Source: Candidatus Sumerlaeaceae bacterium (GTDB lineage: Bacteria > Sumerlaeota > Sumerlaeia > Sumerlaeales > Sumerlaeaceae). Taken from it: a DNA stretch of 64,000 nt. A model generated the notes under the pieces. That model was given only the letters and a program-made list of their open reading frames with translations, made no database searches and had not been told where the DNA came from. Positions 57,771 through 64,000 of the stretch are shown in pieces (the stretch's first letter is position 1; the number at the start of each line of letters is the position of its first letter). The position numbers and the translations under genes are program-made. The stretch is taken from assembly GCA_049968255.1 (NCBI GenBank), contig JBMFRB010000006.1:103800-167799 (forward strand), read 5' to 3'.

Positions 57771-58558
57771 TTGCGAAAAAGAAGCATCTTGAGGGTCTCA
57801 TACACGGTGCGAAGCAGAGGCAGTTTGCTGCGGCCACGCTTGCGGTCGTAGCGCAACACGAATGGGACCTCCGTCATCCGCTTGGTAAGAGTGCTGAGAT
57901 GAACCAGGAGTTCGTCGGTGCAGGCAAACCCTTTGCGCGTGACAATACGTTCCCCATACTTGTCGTAGGCTGCGCGCAAAAGCGCCGCACGATATGCGCG
58001 ATAGCCGCATGTGTAATCGGTGACATCGGGAAGACGCAAAAAAACGCGAAACAACCAACGGGCGCCACGGCTGAGAAGTCTTCGCTGCCAAGGCACGCCT
58101 AGCTCTTGGCTACCATCGCGAAATCGTGAAGCAATGACAACATCATAAGGGCCGTCCCACAGTTTTTTCACCATGTTTGGCACGTAGGCAGGATCGTGTG
58201 TGTTGTCCGCATCCATAAACACAATAGCGTCGTCTGGGGTTGCGACGCGTTCAAGGGCTGCCACAATAAGCGTGCGAATTGCGGCGCCCAGCCCACGATT
58301 GCCTTCATGGGCAATCCGTTCTAAGGGAAGAGATTTTTGCAGATCGGCGAGCACCTGGGCCGTATGATCCGTCGAGCCGTCGTCAACAACGACGACACGG
58401 TAGTGAAGTCCTTCATTAGCGAAGATTTGTGCTGCCGCTTCGATGAGCGGCCGGAGATTATCGCCTTCATTGTAGGCTGGTAACGCCAAAATCACCTGCG
58501 GGCGCCGCACAGCACCCGAAACGGGATCGTAGTGGTGGGGACGCGCCGTCGGGTTCAC
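57767..58558 (-). CDS. GT2 polyprenol-phosphate glycosyltransferase (DPM1/Ppm1-like)
   Basis: LPAYNE, VVDDGSTD, NRGLG.A, MDADNTH.P, VIASRF, DYTCGYRAY, RSK. GTG 58558 overlaps the upstream TGA. Confidence 0.88.
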   Translation of the reverse strand: MNPTARPHHYDPVSGAVRRPQVILALPAYNEGDNLRPLIEAAAQIFANEGLHYRVVVVDDGSTDHTAQVLADLQKSLPLERIAHEGNRGLGAAIRTLIVAALERVATPDDAIVFMDADNTHDPAYVPNMVKKLWDGPYDVVIASRFRDGSQELGVPWQRRLLSRGARWLFRVFLRLPDVTDYTCGYRAYRAALLRAAYDKYGERIVTRKGFACTDELLVHLSTLTKRMTEVPFVLRYDRKRGRSKLPLLRTVYETLKMLLFRN

Positions 58559-59877
58559 TCGCCAAACACTGCCTGAATGATCTCGGCGCGATGCGCTTTC
58601 ACAATTTCTTCCGCCGCACAAAGAATGCGATACCAGTCCATCTCGGAAATGTAGAGCTGGGGCATCGGATCGAGTCCTTGAGCATGAGGTGACTCCCACA
58701 GCGGCAGGCGCACCACGCGGATGCGCGGCGTGGCGTTGTACATGAGGAAGGCCAGGGTTTGAGAGCGGCTGCCCTGAATGAAGTTTGCATGTTCGGCATA
58801 TTTAGCCGATCCTACATAGCCGTTGGGGTCTTTGAGCCGTTTGGGCACCAATGGTGCAGAGGCATCAAGCGCAATAACGACGAGCCTCGAGTTTTCACGT
58901 GCGGCACGCGCCATGAATAATTGCACGAGGCTGTCCACACCGCTGTTGTCCGAAACGCCACCATCGGCGATGTGAACGTAGCCGCCCGTTGCATAGTTGC
59001 GGATGGTGAGTGGCCCGGGGAGAACAGGGAATGCGCTGGATGCTGCAACAGCGCTGGCGATGCGAAAGCTCGATATGTCCGAATTAATCCCGTCGAAGCC
59101 CAACGCACGGTAGCTTGGCGAGGTCATGGCAGTGGCAAGGATTCCAAGGATGGGGTCGTTTTGGAAGAGCTGCGGTCTCACGCTAAAATTCTTCGCGACC
59201 TCAAGGTTTGTGAACACAAACCGCTCTCCGGTGTCGAGAACGGTTCCGTTAATGAGCGTGACCGGAGCTTCGCCTGCTGCCTCGCGGCGCGCAAGATCGC
59301 CAAATGTTTGACCGAGGAACAGATGCTCGTCGAAGGTATTCGCGAGCGTCTGGGCAAACCGGTAGCGCGTGTAGTATTTGAGGACCCCTTCCCAAGGATG
59401 GCTAAGGTAATGAGCCCAGCCACGCATCCAGAAATCTACTGTCATGTGCGACTTAAACTGGCGGAAGAACGCTTCCTTCTCCTGAGGATTGCGGAAACGC
59501 GAAGGCTTGTAGAGTGCGTAATAGGCAGCTGCCATGCTTCCCGCAGAGACGCCAGAAATCACTTCAGCTCGTTCGAGGACGGACTGTGATTCGGCCCGCG
59601 GCAGATAGGCCAATTGCTCCATGGCACCGGCCGCAAAGACTGCTGAGCGTGTGCCACCGCCGCTAATGGCGATGCAGACGTTGACCGGTTTGTTCATTAC
59701 GGGTGGCTGAGGCGGTCGCTTGTAGCCCGGTGCGTTGTCGAAGACGAAAAAGGGGATGGTTCCAAAGTGCCAGCGAAACTGATCGAGTCGGTCGCCAAGC
59801 ATGACACAGCCGGCCAGCAGCGACGCAATCGTCAGTGCCGCCGCGAATTTGGGTAACGTTGTCGCATGCATCTTCAC
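58555..59877 (-). CDS. Patatin-like phospholipase, predicted lipoprotein
   Basis: Lipobox LLAG-C, oxyanion ISGGGTRS, nucleophile GVSAG, ASSAFP, catalytic DGG. Confidence 0.87.
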   Translation of the reverse strand: MKMHATTLPKFAAALTIASLLAGCVMLGDRLDQFRWHFGTIPFFVFDNAPGYKRPPQPPVMNKPVNVCIAISGGGTRSAVFAAGAMEQLAYLPRAESQSVLERAEVISGVSAGSMAAAYYALYKPSRFRNPQEKEAFFRQFKSHMTVDFWMRGWAHYLSHPWEGVLKYYTRYRFAQTLANTFDEHLFLGQTFGDLARREAAGEAPVTLINGTVLDTGERFVFTNLEVAKNFSVRPQLFQNDPILGILATAMTSPSYRALGFDGINSDISSFRIASAVAASSAFPVLPGPLTIRNYATGGYVHIADGGVSDNSGVDSLVQLFMARAARENSRLVVIALDASAPLVPKRLKDPNGYVGSAKYAEHANFIQGSRSQTLAFLMYNATPRIRVVRLPLWESPHAQGLDPMPQLYISEMDWYRILCAAEEIVKAHRAEIIQAVFGE

Positions 59878-60121
59878 AGGGGCAAAACCCTTTTTTCGCT
59901 AGAGTCACTCACACAAGTTGTTTCTGACATGTAGCAAGAGACTTCCCTAACGCAAACGGAAAAAGTTCGCAGCTAAACCCGCTCTCAGGACAAATAGGGA
60001 TCGCATGAAGAAATTTGCTTGCGTCGCACTGAGAATTCACGTCGCTCGTGGGTGTTAGCAAAACCCGACTGAACGCTGCGCCGCGGGCGCGAATTGCATT
60101 TTCCAGGAGAAGGCACCAATC

Positions 60122-61582
60122 GTGGGTAACGAGAAACAGTTTGTTCAAGAGATCACACCGAAATCTCAGGATTTTTCTGAGTGGTACGTGGATGTGGTCC
60201 GCAAGGCCGAGCTTGCGGATTATACGACGATCAAAGGCTGCATGGTCATCAAACCCTACGGTTTTGCCCTTTGGGAAAACCTCCGCGACGCTTTGGATAA
60301 GCGGATTAAGGCCACGGGCCACAAGAATGCCTATTTCCCTCTGTTTGTGCCGGAGTCGCTGCTGAAGAAGGAGGCGGCCCATGTGGAGGGATTTGCGCCG
60401 GAAGTGGCGTGGGTCACCCATGGCGGGAACGAACCGCTTGAGGAGCGGCTCGCTATTCGTCCGACTTCCGAAGCCATCATCTGTTCGATTTATGCAAAGT
60501 GGGTGCAGAGCTACCGCGATCTTCCTATTCTCATCAACCAGTGGGCGAACGTCGTGCGCTGGGAGAAGGTGACACGCTTGTTTCTTCGAACAACGGAATT
60601 CTTGTGGCAGGAGGGGCACACTTGTCACCGCACGATGGAAGAGGCGCAGGAAGAAACTCTCTTGATGCTGCGCGTTTATCAGGAGTTCGCAGAAACCGAG
60701 CTGGCTATGCCAGTGATTGCGGGACAAAAGACCGAAAATGAGAAATTCCCTGGCGCGCTATACACCTATTCGATCGAAGCCATGATGGGCGATGGTAAGG
60801 CACTGCAGGCGGGCACATCGCACAACCTCGGCCAGCACTTTTCGAAGATGTTTGAGATCATGTTTGAGGACGAGGACCACGTGCGCAAATTTGTTTGGCA
60901 GACTTCCTGGGGCGTGAGCACGCGACTCGTGGGCGGTGTGATCATGACGCACGGTGATGATCATGGGCTGATTCTCCCTCCGCGAATCGCACCAACGCAG
61001 GTGATCGTGATTCCAATTTTCCAGGCAGCCACGCGGGATGCCGTGGTGGCAAAAGCCACCGAGCTGCAGCAGCAGCTCAGCAAAATTTGCCGCTGCGACA
61101 TTGATGCGCGCGATCAGTACACGCCTGGCTGGAAGTTCAATGAGTACGAATTGCGCGGGGTCCCGCTGCGGCTCGAGTTGGGGCCAAAAGATTTAGCAAA
61201 AGAGCAATGTGTGCTAGTGCGGCGCGACACCCGGGAGAAGTTGTTCTGCCCGCTCAGCGAACTGGAAAACCGCATTCCTGCGCTTCTTGCGCAGATCCAA
61301 AAGGACATGCTTGAGCGCGCTCGTGTTTTCCGGGACGAAAATACCCGCACCGTGACCAATTACGAGGAGTTCAGGCAGGTGATGGAAGACAAGCGAGGAT
61401 TTATTTTCGCGCCTTGGTGCGGGGATGGCGAGTGTGAGCTCAAGGTGAAGGAGGAGACGAAAGCGACTATCCGGTGCCTGCCCCTGGACGATGATAATCG
61501 CGTGGTGGAAGCCACGGAAGGCGTCTGCGTGCGGTGTGGCGCACCGGCCAAATACAACGTGTACTTCGCACGTGCATACTAG
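60122..61582 (+). CDS. proS: Proline--tRNA ligase, archaeal/eukaryote-like type
   Basis: DFSEWY, IKGCMV, RPTSE, QWANVVRWE, FLRTTEFLWQEGHT, QAGTSHNLGQ, SWGVSTR, C-terminal Zn domain ending ARAY. Confidence 0.97.
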   Translation: MGNEKQFVQEITPKSQDFSEWYVDVVRKAELADYTTIKGCMVIKPYGFALWENLRDALDKRIKATGHKNAYFPLFVPESLLKKEAAHVEGFAPEVAWVTHGGNEPLEERLAIRPTSEAIICSIYAKWVQSYRDLPILINQWANVVRWEKVTRLFLRTTEFLWQEGHTCHRTMEEAQEETLLMLRVYQEFAETELAMPVIAGQKTENEKFPGALYTYSIEAMMGDGKALQAGTSHNLGQHFSKMFEIMFEDEDHVRKFVWQTSWGVSTRLVGGVIMTHGDDHGLILPPRIAPTQVIVIPIFQAATRDAVVAKATELQQQLSKICRCDIDARDQYTPGWKFNEYELRGVPLRLELGPKDLAKEQCVLVRRDTREKLFCPLSELENRIPALLAQIQKDMLERARVFRDENTRTVTNYEEFRQVMEDKRGFIFAPWCGDGECELKVKEETKATIRCLPLDDDNRVVEATEGVCVRCGAPAKYNVYFARAY

Positions 61583-62758
61583 GTGAGCATAAAGGCACCG
61601 GCGATGGCGGAGAGACCAGCACATCCCTGGCGGGTGTTGGAACTTGCCTCCACCTCGGACATGGGCGGCACTGAACGCATGATCCTGTTCTTGGTCGAGC
61701 ATCTTGACCGCGAGCAATTTGAACCTTTCGTGGGATGCATGCAAGGCAAGGGGGAGCTCCTCCGACGGGCTCAGGCAGCTGGTGTGCCAGCATGTCACTT
61801 CGGTCGCCAGAACAGGCTTTCGGCGCGGGGAGCGTGGGAGCTCTTGCGCTTCCTCCGGCGCCACAAAATTGACCTTGTGCAGACCTACGGGCTACGCGCG
61901 GACACCATCGGGCGTGTCGTTGCTAAACTGGCGGGCGTGCCCGTCATTGTTTCGAGTATCCGCTCCATTGATCCCTGGCGGCGGTGGTGGCATGTCTGGC
62001 TCGACCGCCTGACCGCACCGCTCGTTGATAAATTTATATCAAACAGCGAGGCGGGCCGTCAGGCCACAATCCAGCGAGAGAAATTTGCCCCTTCGCGCAT
62101 TGAGGTCATTTACAGCGGCATTCCTGCCCGCGAGATTCCGTTCGGGCGGCGCGAAGAAATTCGGGCGAATCTTGGCGTAGGTTGCGCCGCTTATCCTGTG
62201 GTTGGCATTTTAGCAAATTTACGAGAAATGAAAGGACACCGCGACGTCATTGAGGCGCTGCCCAAAATCCTTGCCGAGTTCCCACAGACGATTTTTCTCT
62301 TTGCCGGACGCGACGATAGTGACGGCGCTATCGAGCGCACGGCCCAGCAGAAAGGAGTGGCTCACGCTATTCGCTTCCTTGGCTACGTGGAAGACACTCC
62401 GACTCTCCTGGCTGCGATAGACATCTTCTGTCTCCCAAGTCATTGGGAGGGACTGCCAGCTGCAGTGCTCGAAGCAATGCACGCGGGCCTGCCCATTGTC
62501 ACGACGCGCGTGGGGGGCATTCCAGAGCTCGTCCGCCACGGGCACGAAGCTCTGCTCATCGAGCCAAGAAACCCGCAACAACTTGCGGGTGCCATTTGCG
62601 AGCTGGCCCGCAATCGCGAGTTAGCTGCGCAATTATCAGAAGCAGCGAAGGCGCGCGCCGTGGCCGAATTTTCGATCGAGGCTATGGTGAAAAAAACGGC
62701 GGAGATTTACCACACACTGTTGCAGCAAAAGACGGGCGCGCCACATGCACGGCGATGA
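61583..62758 (+). CDS. GT4 family glycosyltransferase
   Basis: MGGTER, NSEA, KGH, LPSHWEGLP...LEAM..G.PIV.T.VGG.PE. Confidence 0.92.
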   Translation: MSIKAPAMAERPAHPWRVLELASTSDMGGTERMILFLVEHLDREQFEPFVGCMQGKGELLRRAQAAGVPACHFGRQNRLSARGAWELLRFLRRHKIDLVQTYGLRADTIGRVVAKLAGVPVIVSSIRSIDPWRRWWHVWLDRLTAPLVDKFISNSEAGRQATIQREKFAPSRIEVIYSGIPAREIPFGRREEIRANLGVGCAAYPVVGILANLREMKGHRDVIEALPKILAEFPQTIFLFAGRDDSDGAIERTAQQKGVAHAIRFLGYVEDTPTLLAAIDIFCLPSHWEGLPAAVLEAMHAGLPIVTTRVGGIPELVRHGHEALLIEPRNPQQLAGAICELARNRELAAQLSEAAKARAVAEFSIEAMVKKTAEIYHTLLQQKTGAPHARR

Positions 62759-62851
62759 GGGTTGCGGGCATGCGGATGCGCTGAGGCACCAGCTGCGCAG
62801 CTGCGTTCGGGGCAAGCTGAACATGAGAATAATATGGAGGAAGGCTTACCG

Positions 62852-63166
62852 ATGCTTGCTGAGTTCTCAATCGCTCCCCTATTGGGCCATGAAGAACATC
62901 TATCTGGGCCGGTGGCCGAAATGCTGAAGATTGTGGACGAGAGCGGCCTGCCATACGAACTTCACGCCATGGGCACAATCATCGAAGGCGAATGGAATGA
63001 AGTCATGCCCGTGATTGAGAAGTGCTATCGCTACATGAGCGAACGCTTCCCACGGGTGAGTGTGATCATCAAAATTGACGATGCACGGGGCAGGACGGGA
63101 CGGTTGCGCGGCAAGGTTGAGAGTGTGGAGCGGCTCGTCGGCAAGGCGCTACGTCGGGCGTCGTAG
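62852..63166 (+). CDS. MTH1187/YkoF-like thiamine-binding protein
   Basis: MLAEFSIAP...LS..VA......SGLPY..HAMGT.IEGEW.EV...RV...IKIDD...KV.SV; GGAGG RBS. Confidence 0.88.
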   Translation: MLAEFSIAPLLGHEEHLSGPVAEMLKIVDESGLPYELHAMGTIIEGEWNEVMPVIEKCYRYMSERFPRVSVIIKIDDARGRTGRLRGKVESVERLVGKALRRAS

Positions 63167-63308
63167 CCGGTGCTGTCGTTGCCAGCTTTGGAGGGACGAG
63201 ATGGGTCCCCTTCTGTGCCCGAGCGCAATTCTCTTTGACTAAGAGAAAGAAAAGTCTCCAGCTTGTGTTGAAGACGGAATGATCTCAGAAGAGAGGCGGT
63301 CGCCTGCA

Positions 63309-63596
63309 ATGACAAAACAGGAAGTAGCAAATCTGTTATGCAAGAAAACCGGTTTGAGCCAGAAACAGGGGCGGGAGGCCGTGGAAATTTTTCTTTCCGC
63401 GATTAAGGATGCGCTCAAGGCAGGTGAAAAAGTTTCGCTTGTGGATTTCGGCACCTTCCAACTCAAGGCGCGGCGAGCTCGTCGCGCACGCAAGCCCGGA
63501 ACAGGCGAGCAGTTTGTCGTGCCCCCCAAAGCGGTGGTCATTTTCAAGCCTGGAAGAAAGTTCCGGGAACTGGTGGCAAAAACGACAAGCTCGTAA
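63309..63596 (+). CDS. hup: HU family DNA-binding protein
   Basis: MTKQEV...KTGLS...AV...I..AL..GEKVSL..FGTF....R.AR..R.P.TG...P......FKPG. Confidence 0.92.
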   Translation: MTKQEVANLLCKKTGLSQKQGREAVEIFLSAIKDALKAGEKVSLVDFGTFQLKARRARRARKPGTGEQFVVPPKAVVIFKPGRKFRELVAKTTSS

Positions 63597-63911
63597 AGGA
63601 TCTTGCTTGCTGCTGGCCCGACGAAGAGCGCCGGCAAGTTGCTACGACTGGCACACATTTTTAGGGGGCTAAGCCAGGAGCCTTTCTTCGTCGTCAGCGA
63701 GAAATAATGATGAATCCGCAGAGGAAAATTGGCAGCCCCTTTTCGCTCTGCAACTTTACGGCGTGTCAAGGTTCCATCATTTTCCTGTTCGTGAGGCCCG
63801 ACGACCTTTTGCTTTCCCTGGCCCCTGCGCCCTGTTTGTCCCGGGAAGAAGCGACAAAACTTGTGCGACGATCGACTCCGGAAGCACCGACCGCTGAGCG
63901 ACAATGTAGTA

Positions 63912-64000
63912 ATGCTGACGCACATCTTCGATGACGTGAACGTGCCGCACGTGATAGAGACGCTCCAGCTGTTTGGCTTCGACATAGGGCATGACAAAGA
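63912..64000 (+). CDS. Possible start of a gene truncated by the window edge
   Basis: Open frame MLTHIFDDVNVPHVIETLQLFGFDIGHDK running off the end. Too short to assign. Confidence 0.3.
   Translation, partial: MLTHIFDDVNVPHVIETLQLFGFDIGHDK

Noticed and set aside
59878-60121. T-box leader before proS
   Set aside because: No T-box consensus or terminator/antiterminator pair is visible.
1-64000. Prophage, IS element or defence island
   Set aside because: No integrase, transposase, phage structural gene or defence nuclease motif was recognised, and I saw no obvious compositional island.

Overview
A gene-dense bacterial chromosomal window of moderately high GC. I found no rRNA, tRNA, CRISPR array or mobile element. 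It holds about 55 CDSs. Housekeeping genes include ftsZ, clpX, pckA, malQ, argG, recX, dusB, ilvB, lptB, lepB, kdsD, an archaeal/eukaryote-type proS and HU. It also carries about seven GT-C-type membrane glycosyltransferases, three type IV prepilin-like genes and several poorly characterised envelope proteins. lptB and kdsD imply a diderm, LPS-producing cell. The prepilin style suggests Sumerlaeota (BRC1), which is an unverified inference. The best candidate for an undescribed system is nikR divergent from a prepilin-like gene plus an FmdE-family gene, with a NikR-operator-like inverted repeat abutting the prepilin ribosome-binding site; this would be a nickel-regulated pilin module. Other notable items are a MerR-HTH/FlhG(MinD) fusion followed by an unannotated 40-aa membrane peptide and an ExeA-like ATPase, a ThiS-like carrier ending GGG-Cys, a catalytically degenerate GlgC/GlgD, sigma-54-type tandem pilins next to two TMTC-like mannosyltransferases, and widespread separation of genes from their usual operon partners. 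All assignments come from motif recognition by eye; no searches were run.
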